NCBI RefSeq assembly: GCF_000315625.1
Contig: NW_005434666.1
Span: 667,877 to 731,876 of the forward strand
Source: Guillardia theta CCMP2712
Lineage: Eukaryota; Protista; Cryptophyta
Direction of reading: 5' to 3'
DNA length: 64,000 nucleotides
Positions 48,201 to 62,099 of the stretch are shown here, one piece after another. The position numbers and the translations under genes were made by a program. How positions within the stretch are numbered: position 1 is the first letter of the stretch; the number at the start of each line of letters is the position of its first letter. The notes below the pieces were generated by a model. That model was not told where the DNA came from, did not search any database, and worked only from the letters and a program-made list of their open reading frames with translations.

Positions 48201-48562
48201 ACCTCTCCTCACCATGCTGCCCTCTCTTGAATTCTCTTGAACATTGTGCTCATGTGGTAACCTTAGCTGGTGGTTTTCCTTCCTGTCGCGCCTGTCTGAG
48301 GCCGGCATTTCTCCTACACGTGTTTGATTTATTACTTCGTGCCCTCTGTCTTTGGATTACTTCTGTTTTGTTTTCTCTTTCGAGCGCAGCCAATACCTGT
48401 CAGCACACTCCAATGTTCACTGTCTCTCATTGAAATTCTGATACCTCCACTTGTTTCAGCGCCGTGGACAGCTGTTGACCCTGACACATCATCATCTGTC
48501 GTCTATCTGAAGGGAACACGCCCATCTGCAGACTCGTACTGTGATGATTTAAGTACTCTGGG

Positions 48563-51500
48563 ATGGAGATAGACCTCGGAAACATTGGAGTGGACGAACC
48601 GGTTCCACCCCCGCTCCCTGTGGCTAGCGAGGCTCCTCCTCTCCCACCCCCTCCTCAGTGTATCACCAATGTAGTCGAGCTATGCAACATCCAGGAGCTG
48701 ACGATTCGGGGCTTCATCGCGAACTCCGAGGATGCAGTCCTGCTTGCCTACAAGTTCTGCTTGCTGGATGGTGGCTTGGCATGCTGTTGGCGTTCCAAGT
48801 TCCAGACAGAAAATGCAAAACTCGACGGTTTGTTTCCCTTTGCTGTCTACTTATCTTTCAAGGCTGAGAAGTTTGTTCAGGTCCTTTAACGCCTGCGAGT
48901 CCTGGACCAGCGGCACAACTGACGCATGGTGATGCACATGCGTGAAACTGATATTTACTGACGGAACTGGAAGGCCCTCATGGTACCGTATCAGGGATAT
49001 CTCCTGCAAGGCCACTTGTTGGCCAAGCTGGATCAACGTTGAACCAACAACAGACGTAACAGTTCGCATGTGCGCTGATTTCCTTCTTGTGACATATACG
49101 TGTGCATAGCAGTAATCCTTTGGCCGAGAGCAAGTTGATCAACGCAGAATTGCAACAAACTTATGAGCTTTGGTTGTTTGGAACCGAAAAATTACAATCC
49201 AGGTGATATCCTTTGCAGTTGTTGTTCAAATTTGCTTTGTTGATGAACCTGCCGTTCACTTGTTTCGCAGGGCATTTGAAGATGGAAGTGAACTCTTCAA
49301 ATCGATACAGGTTTGCTGCAGCTGCCTGATACTTGGAAGAATAGCATAATTGTTGCACTTGCACAGGAAACGATTCCAATCACTCCTGTGGAGACAGCAC
49401 TGTCCAGCGTGCCAGAATGTTTCGTTCTTCTAAATGATGCTTTCGTGAACAGAGCTGAGAGGTATGTCTGAATGATTCCCCTTGAATTCAAAGTCAAGAC
49501 GTTTCCTGGATATTCTCTTAATCAGTATTTTTGCCCAGATTGTTGCTGGAAGCTGGATACATACGTCTAGGGGACAGCTTTGTTCCTCAAATTCAGGAGC
49601 GATTTCACCAATTCGCATTTTCCCCGTTACCTGGCATCCACCTGAATTGCTTCTTGAGGTATGCTTCGCCTGAATTATGTCCACTAGCGTCTGTGACATT
49701 CTAAAAGGAATACAACCCTCATGGCATGTATTACCATTAAGATGAAGCGCATCCAGGTTTCTTGTGCTTTTTTGAATTGTGTGTCTCACTCGTTCTTGCG
49801 AAGCATCTCGGCGATGCTGATTCATATTTGAACCAACATCCTTCGGGATTGGATGTACTTGTCAGCCCCAAAGGCATGCCTGGAGTTCTCAAGATGACAA
49901 GACCGTCCCAATCCAATAATGCAGAGCACGAGGTTTCTCTTCTGCCTCGAGAGTCTTTGTCATGACATATCATTCCCAGTCGGTCTTGAACGAGTGGGAA
50001 AAGTTAGGAAAAAGTCCCGCAATGCTGTCTGCTAACCAAGTCGAAAGGGTTTGGCTGCATGTCATGCTTCTTTTGGGATATCTAATGCTATCTGAAGGTG
50101 GTTACTGTGGAGGTAGATGGTGAAACTTTCCTTTACCCTTCGAGTCGAGTTGTTCGACTTTCGCCGATTGGCATCGCGCCCGCCCCTCATTTGGATCATA
50201 TCTGGCTTGGCATACCCGATCAGGTCTGAAAACGGATGAGATAACTTTGTTAAGCATGACAAGTAAGCATCGTAGGCATGGGCAAATTTTTCTACCGGCA
50301 AAAGCGCCATGAGCACCAATGCTGTCAAGAGCCTTTTTACATTCTTGAACAGTCCCAAAGGGGGTCACTCGGACTATAGTTTGAAATGTTCGCCGGCGTT
50401 CAATGGCTACTGGGTCTTCGCAGGCATTTCTCAGGTGCTGCTTGTCGCATATTACGCAAGTCAAAAATCATGATGCTGTGCCAGGATTGCATTATGAAGC
50501 TCTTAAAGTCTAAGAAGCCTGCCATTGAAGCGCAAGGTGGTGGGATGGCTGCTGATGATCTCGGTCTGTTGATGCTCTACAAATATCCAAGTTGATTGAC
50601 AGCGATTTCGTGAAAACAGATAAAAATGGCAAGAAGATCGGAACTCCAAACAACAAGAGAAAGAACGCTCCAACACCGGTAATCATGCAAATATTGTCCT
50701 CATTCAAGTTGAGCTAATGACATTCTGCAGGTGACGATCCCAACGCCAACTCCGGCACCAACAGGTGTCCCTACAAATCCCACGCCTCCATCCAGTAAGA
50801 GGTCGAAGAAAGGTGCAGTCGATTACTATGTGTTTGTTATGAGTTTGAAGGAAATGATCGCAGAAAATGGGCAAGAAGTTACTCCGACATCTGTTGCTCC
50901 TCCTACAGGACCTGGATCAAAACCAGGCGCGCCAGGGGTCCAAACAGCGGGTGGTCCCAATGCACCTCAAGCGGTCAACGACGGTGTGGAAGTTTTGGCT
51001 GTGGGTGGAGTCAATGCGCAGGATGCAAACAAGAAGGGTCAGAAGAAAGCTGCAGTGAAGAAGGGAAAGAATGCCAAGGACGTCACTCCACAGGCAACAC
51101 CTGGGCCAGGGGAGGCGAGTGGAAGTGAAACCCCCCTGTCTGTCATGGGAAGCACCACTTCCATGCCGCCCCTTCCTGGTGGCTTGGCTTCCCCAAGACT
51201 GAACGCACAAGGAAGAAGTTCAGAACGGGGCAACGATGTGAAGGGAAATTTCATCGACGTGGATGACATGGCAACCAATGCAAGGGTGGACATGGATGCC
51301 TCAGAGCTGATGGACTTTGGTGAGTTGGACGACATGAGGGAAATGACTGAGTTGGAGAACGAGGATTTCGCATCCTTCTTTAGTCCAGAAAACAAACCTA
51401 GCAAAGGGGATCACCTTGATGATGATGACTTGCGCGGAGACTTCGAGAGTCTTGATGACTTGACAGCGAATTTTGCGTCCACGCCAAGATCAGGTCAAGA

Positions 51501-54500
51501 TGTGGCAGAAGTAAGGAGGGTTGATGGAAGCCTGGAAGACATCTCAACCATGTCCCTTGACGCTGAGCCGCTACCACAACAACCTCCAGAGGTTGTCGAA
51601 GAAGACCCTAAACTCAGTGCCGTCGACGAAGAACAGCGACGGAAGGAAGATGAAGCTCGTGATATCGAGGTTCTATCGATGAAGTTGAACATGTTACCGC
51701 CAGTATCACGTAAACCAGGGCTGCTCTCCTCTTTCAAGCGAAATCTTTCAGGGTCAAATTTGTCGCAGGGGATGTTGAAAACGTTTGGCATCTGCTATGG
51801 TCCTTCTACCAGTCCAGTCGTCTCAGTCGGGTGTGAACTCACACGAAAGGAGGACGAAGATAAGAAAGAGGACATAGGAGAAGCCAAGGATGTTGCGGGA
51901 GGCAACAAGGAGAAAGAGGCGAACCCATCCTCTGACGCGGCGTCCGATGTCTCTTCTGTTGGAAATCAAGCCTTGACTGTGAGCAAGAGGGTGGGAATAC
52001 CTCTTGGCCCTAAACAGTTGAAAATCGGTGGCAACAAGATGATATCTCAGATCTCGACGGTTGAGAGTGCAGTCAAGGCATGGAGGAGCAGCCGAAGTAT
52101 AGCGATACACACAAAATGTACGCGATGGGCCCTCATGAGAAGGAAGTCAAAGTCGGCGGATGGGATGACAAAGATCCTTCCACTAGAGCACCTCATCATC
52201 CAGCAGTTGGCCATCACAAGCTTTGATATGCCCATCTGTCCACCGATCTCGACACCGAATGCACCGAATGCTCCAATGAGCACGCAAGCAGTTCACAATG
52301 CCATCATGATGAGGGACCTTATCACCAAGGAAGGCGAGGCGCCTCACTTGAGCTTAGAGCACATCCTCAAAGGAGAATGCGGAGAAGATCCGCGAGTTAT
52401 GATGGCGCTTGATCCCCTCTGCAGTGTCACACATCCTGCTTTTGTTGCTTCGAACCTCTCTAAAATCATTCCTGCCTTGGACAACCTGGTCCCACGATCG
52501 CCGGATGAACGTAACAGCGACCAGAAGCTTAACCCTATGAGCCTCCAAGCTCTCTTATGGAACCCCAAAGACAATCTTGATGACGTGGTGGAGTCACTGC
52601 CAGTTCCTAATCTCCTCGTTGGGTCGTCTGACGGTGACTGGATAGAAACGCCACCAGTTGCAGTCCGATGGTGGGAGAAACTTCCCCTGGAGCCTTACTC
52701 GAAGAAGAAGGATGTGGTGTACTGCGTTCTTTGCGCCTCAGCAGATCAGCAAGGAACAGCATCGACAGAGGCCTCTCTCTTCTTTAAGGAGCTGAGCTGT
52801 GTGTATGAATCAGCGCATCTTGGCAACCACAGATTTCTTGAATCAAGATACCTCACTATGATGGCTGCAGGGACCAACTACAACAAGGAGTATAAAGAGG
52901 GTATCGTCCTGGTCAACGGCCTTGGAGCGACGAAACCTGCCACTCCTGCTGCTGTAAACCCTACCAAGCAACCAGGCAGCTTCGAAGAGGCCTGTGCAAG
53001 GGCACTCAAAGGCTTCGCCCAATACTGTGATGAGAGGAACGGAGGCGCAAATGCGATCACGAGCAGCGCCAAGGTAGTCCCTGTATTATATATTCTAGAG
53101 CCCGACTTCGCTCTGGGAAGCACATGGAGTGGGTCTCGTTCTGACCAGCAAAACTCTCTTCCCTTCAAAGCTCGTCACCAGTGGAAGCGAGCTCTTGCAA
53201 GAACGCTCTCCACAGCTGCGGCGATGCATCCTCGCCTGCTGGATGTTGTGGTGCAGACTGTGCCAGCACAGAGAATCAACATGGGCAGGCGCATGCGATG
53301 GTTCCTGAGAGACCTGGCGATGTCGGTCTACTCCAAGGGTCGCATCAGGCTGAGGACGAAGCCAGAGAGGGTCTCGAGCTTCGCCGTCGACATCGAGGAG
53401 GAGATTTCTCACTTCTTCTCTGGCTCTGCTCTCACCCTCAAGAAGAAGATCCGGGTGGAACCAAGGCTCTATGAGCCTCTGCTCGTAGTTGCTGAACCTC
53501 AGTCCATCGAGGCGCCGGCTCCCCCGATCGAGAGCAGCATGGGTGACATTGCAGAGCAGGTGCTGAAGCCTGAGGGCCTCCCTGTGCCAGACAGCGTGAT
53601 GGCGCTCGAAGACAGGCCAGCAGCTCCCGGTCCGGAGCCTACGAATGCAGAGGGGATGGCGAAGATGGAGGACGATCACGAGCCAGCCGTTCAGCCTCCG
53701 GTGCTCCACTGCTGCTACTCGTGGTCGGATGACGGTCTCTGTCTGGGGGCTGCGATCACTGACTCGACGGGCGAGACGCTCGAGACGTTCTCTGCGCTCT
53801 TCGGCAACGTGAGCAACGTGAACTGGGAGCCTGACGAGCGCGTGAGGGAGGCGACGTGCAAGACTATGATCGGGAAGCTTTGGGCCTGCATCGAGGAGTG
53901 GGTCAAGAGAAACTACAGATGCAGCGTCCGGCTCATGATCGGGGCGCTAGGAGCGGCAGTTCCCCGCGACATCGAGGACTGGAAGGAGATCTTGGAGAAC
54001 GCAGGATGCGGCCGTCCGGGCTCCTGCTGCTGCGAGGCTATCGTGCTGCAAGTTTCTGTTCTTCGATCCCTTCAGCTCCTCTCGACGTGAGTTGAACTCG
54101 GTCGTGCTCTGTGCTGACTCTCCTCCTCGCAGCTCGTCCATCCACATCAGCAGGGAAGAGATGAGCAAGGGCGACTTCGAGAGCTGGCCGACGTACCCTC
54201 ACGATCTTGTCAACTCGTTGGATCTGTCAGGTTCAGGTACTTCGCCTTCATGCTCTGCCAGTGCATCGCTCTCTTCTGACTGGGGTCAAGCTCTACATCC
54301 AGGGCAGTCCTTCCTGCTGAGGTGCCGGCATCGCCTGGCGTTTCCTCCTGTTGTCCCCAACCTCCAGATGCCTCTAGCCTGCGCCATCCTCGCGAGCCCA
54401 CCGCCAAGGTGAGGAGACGCTGCGAGCTGCCGCAGGTCTCACTGTAGCACCGCAGAGACGAGGAGGAGGTTTCCTTCCCCGGGTACGACGGGCGCGGGTC

Positions 54501-54883
54501 CTGGCCTGTGCTGCTCGAACTCTCGCTCTTCGTCCGCGTCGCTCTCAACGATCCCAGCACGGACAACAACGAGCTGGAGCAGCGATATCAATCTCTCGTC
54601 GACGAGGTACGCAGCCTCCCCTCCCCTCCCCTCCCCTCCCTTGCCCTCCTGCCAAGTGTCGTGCAACCTTCCCCTTGTTTGGCGTCTGCTGACTTGCGCT
54701 GGTGGCTCAGGTCGCCAGGTCTTATCACCTGCTCTCCTGGGCGACGGCGCATCCTTGCTTCCCCATGCGCCAGAGCGTAAGTGAGGAGGTGGCGGCGATG
54801 CGCGGGTGACGGCTGAGCAGGCGCTTCCCCTTCACTTCATCGCGGCCAGGCGAATCTCAACAGCCTTGTCGGCGACTCTTTGA
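48563..54883 (+). CDS. MED13: Mediator CDK8-module subunit 13
   Basis: CITNVVELCNI (N-terminus); LPVPNLLVGSSDGDWIETPPVAVRWWEKLPLEPYSKKKDVVYCVLC; FFKELSCVYESAHLGNH; LYEPLLVVA; VLHCCYSWSDDGLCLGAAITDSTGETLETF; YHLLSWATAHP..ALPLHF. Stop TGA 54881-54883. Confidence 0.93.
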
Positions 54884-55104
54884 GGAGGAGGAGGAGGAGG
54901 ATGGGCGTGAGCGAGGGGAGGGCGAGTAGCTAGGGAAGAGACAGGAATTAGGGAAGGGAAGAGGAGGAGAGGGAAGGGAAGGGACGAGTATTGTGGTGTG
55001 CTGTCATGATCGGAAAATAATAACTTAACAAAAACTCCTCCCCCCCTCCTCCCCTGCTGTCTCTCTCCCCCCCACACTCCCTTCGGAATTTCGTCGATTT
55101 CTCT

Positions 55105-55202
55105 TCACAGTGAGTTGCTCATGTCGGGAACGTCACCGACCACGAGGCCGACCTGCCAACCAGTGAGCGGCTGTGAAGCCAGGCATGCTGGGAGGTAGGA
55201 GG

Positions 55203-55270
<68 letters not shown>

Positions 55271-57655
55271 TCTCTGTTCACCTTTTCTGCTGTCTGGGCC
55301 CAGATGTTGTTGGACTGAATGTCGTAACTTCGAGCTGAAAAGAGCATCAGTGAGGGGAGGCAAGGGAGAGCGTGACAAGCAAGAGAGGGAAGAGGAGGGA
55401 GGAAGAGGAGGGAGGAAGAGAAGGAAGCGGAAGGAAGCGGAGGAATATGGAACCTGCAGTCAGGTAGATGTTGAGATGATTGCTGTTGAGCTCCAAGAAA
55501 TTGTTGAGACCATCCTATATCACACATCTCTCATCAGGTCTCCTCCTCCTCCTTATCATCATCATCATCATCACCTGCACGACTGTCTTCGTGTCCCCTG
55601 TCAGAGCTGTGTCTGTCAACCCGACCTCACTGGCAGACATGTCTCCATTCTTCACTCGCCGCCAGAGCGTCTGTGAACCTATCATCCCTCCTGCCGCTCC
55701 TCCCTCGTGCTCCCTGTGTTCCTCCTGCTGCTCCTCCTCTCTCTTGCTCTGTTTCTCCCTCCCCTTCCCTCCCCTCCCTCCTGCTCCCACCCCTCGTTGC
55801 TCTCTCTCACTCTCTCTCTCTCCTCCTCCTCCTCCTCCTCCTCCTCCTCCTCCTCCTCCTCCTCCTCCTCCTCCTCCTCCTCCTCCTCCTCCTCCTCCTC
55901 CTCCTCCTCCTCCTCCTCCTCCTCCTCTCTCTCCTCACCTCGATCAGCGCTGTCATGTGTTCCGAATTCTCTGCCGCAGTCTCCAGCTGCTGTCGCAACG
56001 AAAGGAAGCGATCGTGAAAAAGGGCATGTGCCCAGTCCTCCAGCAGAAACTTTCTGTGAGACTTCAGTGAGCAAGCAGAGCTTGTCCCCCTCCTCCTCCC
56101 TCCGCAGCCATTGGATTCCCTCTCCTTATCCTGCCTCACCCTGTTCCATGTTCCCGCCCTCTCTTCCTCCCCCACTCCTCCTCCTCCTCCTCCTCCTCCT
56201 CCTCCTCCTCCTCCTCCTCCTCCTCTCTCACCGCATGTCCTTCACCAGCCCCACGTCGCAGCGGTCGACGAGCTCGTTGAGGTAGCTCACTGACTGGCCC
56301 ACCAGCCCCGCGAACCTCCAGGCCTGCGGCGTCTCCTCCGCGCTCAACATGGTGAGCGAGCTCATCCTCCCGTACTTGTCCACCTCGACCCGAGCATACG
56401 AGAGCTGCGGCTCCTGAACCTCCTGACCCACTCCCACGTCAGAGGAGGAAGGGAGGGGAAAGAGGGAGGGGAGGGGAGGGGAGGGGAGGGGAGGGTCACC
56501 GTAACCACGTCGCGGGAGATCATGTCTTCACTGTATCCCAATGGAAAGAGCGCAGGAGAGCTCCAGAAGCTGATGAGATGTTAGGAGAGAGGAGAGGAGA
56601 GGAGAGGAGAGGAGAGGAGAGGAGAGGAGTGGAGTGGAGTGGAGAGGAGAGGAGAGGAGAGGAGAGGAGAGGAGAGGAGAGGAGAGGAGAGGAGAGGGGA
56701 AGGCAGTGCGGGACAGAGGAGGAGAAGAGAGGAGAGTGGAGTCNNNNNNNNNNNNNNNNNNNNNNNNNNNNNNNNNNNNNNNNNNNNNNNNNNNNNNNNN
56801 NNNNNNNNNNNNNNNNNNNNNNNNNNNNNNNNNNNNNNNNNNNGAGAGGAGAGGAGAGGAGTGGAGTGGAGTGGAGAGGAGAGGAGAGGAGAGGAGAGGA
56901 GAGGAGAGGAGAGGAGAGGAGAGGAGAGGGGAAGGGCATGCGGGACCAGAGGAGGAGAAGAGAGGAGATGGAGTCACCGGCAGTAGTGCAGCCCTCCAGG
57001 AAGGAAAGCTGCCTCCGAGCACGCGCGGGTGAAGGGAGCGACTTTCTCTGAACCTTTGCGCTCCTGCGCGATGGCGTCGGGATCGACCTCGAGCTGCAGA
57101 AGTCAGCTGAAGGGTTGAAGTAGAGGAGAGGGAGAGGAGGATGAAGATGAGGGGGGGGAGGAGGAGAAAAGAGAAAAGCAGCAGCAGGAGGAGGATGATG
57201 AAGGGAAGAAGAGTGAGGGCAAGCAGGAGAAGAAGGAAAAGGAGGAGAAAAGGGAGGAGGAGGAGGAGGAGGAGGAGGAGGAGGAGGAGGAGGAGGAGGA
57301 GGAGGAGGAGGAGGAGGAGGAGGAGGAGGAGGAGGAGGAGGAGGAGGAGGAGGAGGAAGGTACCAGCAGAGCTTCTGCAAGTCTTTGCCCCATCTCGAAG
57401 TGATTGAATTCATCCATCTTTCTCTTGTCCTGCATCCCTACTTAACAATCCGACCCTCCTGCTCCTGCTCCTGCTCCTCCTGCTCCTGCTCCAGCTCCTG
57501 CTTCTCCTGCTCCTGCTCCCTCTCCTCCTCCTCGTTCTCACCTGAAATCTGCGAGCAAACTTCACCATCTCTCCTCCTGCGATGATCTTGGGGTCGTTCG
57601 TCTTGAATGAAATGTCGACCACAAGCCTGCAAGAAGAGATCAACGTAAATGGCGA

Positions 57656-57709
<54 letters not shown>

Positions 57710-57710
57710 A

Positions 57711-57748
<38 letters not shown>

Positions 57749-59865
57749 AATGATGATGATGATGATGACGAGGAGGAGGAGGAGGAGGAGGAGGAGGAGG
57801 AGGAGGAGGCAAGGAAGGATTAAGGAAGAGCATCAACACCGACAGAGGGGATGAGGAAGAACCTGCCATCGAAGACGAGAGATTGATCGTTGATGGCTGA
57901 GAACAAATCCTTGTCCACCCCCCGCTCACCGAGAAGAATGAGGAGGGAGCATGGCAGACTCTCCTCCTGCACATAGACAGAGAGTGAGAGGAGGAGGAAG
58001 AGGGAAAGTTGGAGGGAGGGAGGAAAAGGGTGACAAGGAGGAGGCAGAGTAAAGGAAGGATTGAACAAAGGGTGCGAGCACAGAAAACTCTCTGACCTCT
58101 TTTGTGACAACTCCCGTCACTCGCTGAGCTCGTTGCTCCACCTCTCGAATGTCGCAGCCGGTCTTGAGCTGGACTCCGCTCCTCTTCGCCGCTTCCACCA
58201 CAAGCTCGTCCACCCGCTCGTCTCCCGTCGGCCTCAACTTCTTGTGGGGACAGGCGATGGTGATGCTGCCGGCAACTCCCTCCTCCTGCAGCCTCCGCGC
58301 GCTCACAAACACGTCGAGGGAGGAGCCGAAGATGACGACGTTGAGATTCTGCGAGAGAGAGATGAGGGAGCGGAGGGAAGAGAGAGAGGAGGGGAGAGCA
58401 CGGAGTGGGAAGGGAAGAAAGGAGGGAACGGAGGGGAATCAAGCATGGAAGGAGGAAGGAGTACAGGAGGGGAGAGGAAAGGGGAGAAGAGCAGAGGAGG
58501 AGGGGATGAGGAGAGGAATACAGGAGGACAGGATGAAAGGAGGAGGAGGAGGAGGAGGAGGAGGAGGAGGAGGAGAGTGATGGCGTCACCTGAAGGTTCG
58601 GCTGATTCTTCAGCCATGCATGGAGTGCATCCTCCTGGTAGAGGTTGAAGGGTGAGAAGACTCCATCGACGTCCCTGCGTTGAAGACATGAGAAGAGATG
58701 ACAGGAGGAGGAGGAGGAGGAGGAGGAGGAGGAGGGGGAGGAGCCAACCAGAGCTGCAGTCTGTCCATGATGGTATCACGGAACCCAGCTGCTAGGACGA
58801 GGTGATCATACTTCATCTCCACAGTCTCCCCGTTGTCCATCCTTACGCTCACCACCTGCTCCTCCCTGTCCAGCTGAGCGATGTTCCCCTCCACCACCCT
58901 GCATCCTCTGCTGACCGCATGCTGCCGGTACTCCGGGTCAGAAAGGCTCAGGCTCCTCCTCTTGTACAGTGGAGGCCGGAGGGAGAGGCCGCCGGAGGAG
59001 ACGTAGGAGACGCGGTGGAGGTTGAGGTAGGGGACGCTCATGATGGCGTCGGCGAACCCGACGGAAGTCTCGGAGCCTCCGATGATGACGATGCGGTCGT
59101 CGAGGTCTTTCTTGGGCTGGCTGAGGAGTCGGAAGTTGGTGTGCAGAAGGGCCGGGGGGCCCTCGGGCATCGGCAAGTTCGGCTCCAGTGCAGTCTTGGC
59201 AGGGTCGAGGTCCTGCGGGGGAGAGGAGGGAGCGAGTCTGCGGCAGGGGATGTAGGTGAGGGTGTCGTAGGCGCGGGGCATGGCCTTGGCGTCCCGGACG
59301 GAGGCATGCAGGCAGAAAGTCTCAGTGATGCGAAGAAGCTCTCTCAGGATCTCGGGGACGCGCTTGAGGAAGATGGGGTTGACCAGGAGGTGCAAGAGCT
59401 CTAGATGCTCGTCACTGCCGTACAGCCCCGGGCTCATGAACTGCTCGAGCTCGAACCACTTGGAGAAGGTAGCTGGCTCCTTGCTGGGGGTGACCACGGC
59501 GATGGCTGATAGCTGGCCCTCCAGGCGAGCGAGGAAGACAGACTCCAGCTTCGCTGCGTCCCTGAGGGAGGAAAGAACCTGATCCTTGCTCTGCTCTCCC
59601 TCAAGGAAGTCGCTCACCTCCTCCACGTCGCCCTCTCCTGCTCTGCTCACCTGCATCGGCCACAAGAGGGACGCCCGATGACAGATGTAGAGAGCATGCG
59701 AGAAGTTGCAGCCGAGCTTCTCTGGCACGGGATGGAAGAGATGGATCAAGCTGCTCTGCCTTGCCGTGTGACGCTTTGTGAGGATACAGTACTCCTTGTC
59801 GGGGAACAAATCCAGCGCTGGCTCGAGCAGTTTGTGCACCTGCAGATCTCTTTAGTCATGACGAT

Positions 59866-59916
<51 letters not shown>

Positions 59917-59966
59917 GATGATGATGATAACGGAGATGATGATAATGGAGACGATAACGGAGATGA

Positions 59967-60004
<38 letters not shown>

Positions 60005-60031
60005 AACGGAGATGATGATGATGATAACGGA

Positions 60032-60080
<49 letters not shown>

Positions 60081-61347
60081 CATTTTTGTTATTCAAACCT
60101 GGCTGTCAAGTCTGGGGTCGAGGCAGAAGAGTGTGATGCAAACAGTGTTGGACGAGAGAGTCTGCAAGTCCACTGAAGGCTCAGGATGCGCCAAGAACTC
60201 TCCGATCTCCATGAGAGCTTCTTCCTCTGCTGCTTCAATCCGCTGCGCAAGCTCCTGGTCGAACATTTCTTCTCGCTCCTTCTCCTCTGCTTCCAGCTCC
60301 TCTGGCGTCTTGTCAGCCTGTGAGGGGATCGGTCACGCACACCTCTCCTCCTCTCTTGCGGAAACGACTTACATCCTCTTCCTCCTGCTTGTCCGCACGC
60401 TCGTCCATCATCTGGCTGTACTCCTCCTCCACCTCCTCCCGAGCCGCGCGCCTCGCCTCCGCCAACATCTCCTGCACCTGCCGCTCGTGTTCCTCCTTCC
60501 TCATCCTCTCCCGCGCCACGTGGTCCTCGTGCAGCTTGACGGCTGCCTCGGCGTATCCCTGCACAAGGAAATCGTACGTCTCCAGCTCGAATGCCTCTTG
60601 CAGCGCCGCCAGGCTCATGTCGCCGGTCACTCCCAGGATCCCCACCGCCTTCCCGTTCAGCTCAGCCACCAGCGCCTTGTTGGTCTCGTCCTGCGACTGA
60701 ATCATCTGGGCAAGGAAGAACTCCCCGTACGCGTCCGCGTCCTCGTTCTGTGCCTTGAAGATGGGCATCAGGTCGTCGTGATCCTCCACCATCGCCAGTC
60801 GCACCACCACCTCCCCCACCACCTCCTTGCGGTTCACATGGTAGCAGCCATAGTTGTTCTTGACGTCGGCCTGGAGCACCAGAGGCTCGAAGTTTCCCAG
60901 AAGGGGTTTGAAGAGAGGGATGCTGACGGGGATGAAAAGCAGGACATGCTCCACCTGCGAGAAGGTGTTGAATGCCATCTTGAGCACCTCGTTGAGAGCC
61001 TGTTCCTCATGCGCGTGCTCCGAATGAAAGAAGTTGAGCACCAGCGTGTTCGAGTAGTCGACGTCCTCTCCGTCTCCCATGTTTGTACTCCACATCCTCT
61101 TGACGTCATCGATCCACATAGACGGCTTGAAGTCTCCAACTAGCGGAGCATGGTGGAACGCTGCAAACCCAACCAGCCCGCCATCGTCGTCCTCCACGCA
61201 GCAGGAGAGGGCGCATCTTTCCATCATCCGGATGAGATCGAAGGGTCCCCAGTGTTTCTCAAGGATGGAGGACTCTACCTCGCACAGGCTCTGAACCCTC
61301 TCCCTCTCTCCTTGCCCTCCTCCCGCCCTCCTCGTCCTTACTGCCAT
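55105..61347 (-). CDS. CFAP61: Cilia- and flagella-associated protein 61 (radial spoke/CSC subunit); 3' end approximate
   Basis: VRLAMVEDHDDLMPIFKAQ..YGEFFLAQMIQSQDETNKALVAELNGKAVG..LQEAFEL; LDLFPDKEYCIL; LHLLVNPIF; RIVIIGGSETSVGF; YDHLVLAAG; AINDQSLVFDGRLVVD..FKTNDPKIIAGG. Confidence 0.92.
55206..55269 (+). repeat. Intronic (GCA)n microsatellite
   Basis: About 21 copies seen directly. Confidence 0.95.
55821..55927 (+). repeat. Intronic (CCT)n microsatellite
   Basis: About 35 copies seen directly. Confidence 0.97.
56584..56930 (+). repeat. Intronic (GGAGA)n pentamer satellite spanning a 100-N gap (56744-56843)
   Basis: Seen directly on both sides of the gap. Confidence 0.95.
57253..57357 (+). 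repeat. Intronic (GGA)n microsatellite
   Basis: About 35 copies seen directly. Confidence 0.97.
57656..57809 (+). repeat. Intronic compound (GAT)n-(GGA)n microsatellite
   Basis: Seen directly. Confidence 0.97.
59858..60080 (+). repeat. Intronic compound (GACGAG)n/(GAT)n repeat with GATAACGGA interruptions
   Basis: Seen directly. Confidence 0.93.
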
Positions 61348-62099
61348 GACGTTCAACGGCTATCGGTCTTCCAGCTTCACCGGTACTCCAACGCCTTTTG
61401 TTCAACCCCTCAATTCCTCTGTACTCGTTGAAGAGGAACGACACATAGGTGGGTGGGGTACTTCAGACTACCCTTCGTTTACCATGCTTATAAGGTAAAA
61501 ATGGAGGGTACTTCATAAAATTTTGGGGTCATTGAGGTGAAGAGGTAGGGGTGGACAGGAGGGTGATAACTCGAGCCATGGCACTGCGGTAAGGCAGCTT
61601 CGGGGGATGGAGGCGGGGAGGACGGGAGGGGAGGAGGGGAGGGAAGAGAGGAGAGAGGAGATGGCAGATGTACAGTATCAGATGAAGATACAAAGTGGTA
61701 GATTGGTTGGAAGGGGGACGGAAAGAGAGGGGGACAGGGCAAGAATGTCAGAGGGTGAGTACTGAAGCGACGAGGAAAAAGGAGGGGAAAAGGAGGTGAG
61801 AGGGGAGAAAGGATCGAGAGTAAGGGAAATGTGTGTTGGGCATTAGAAGGTTGCTGAACGGAGAAGGTGGGCATGTGAGATATGATGATGGTTGTGGTAG
61901 GGGAAGGGTGGAATGGGATCTTGCAGAACGAGGTCAAGTGAGATGGCCGGGGTTTCTTTAATCTGGCGAAGAGAAGTCCAATAGGGTAGAGAACCTCATG
62001 AAGTAGAGGGAATGGAAAGATGGTGTAGGAGAAGGCTGTGTGAGGAGCTGGAAAGGAAGAGGAGAGAGGATCGGTCGGTATCGGAGGCATTGATTTAAT

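Noticed and set aside
52500-54400. Possible PIWI/Argonaute-like fold
   Set aside because: Established property of the MED13 C-terminus; not novel.
58760-59110. Apparent FAD/NAD oxidoreductase (RIVIIGG..YDHLVLAAG)
   Set aside because: This is the known Rossmann-like region of CFAP61, not a separate gene.
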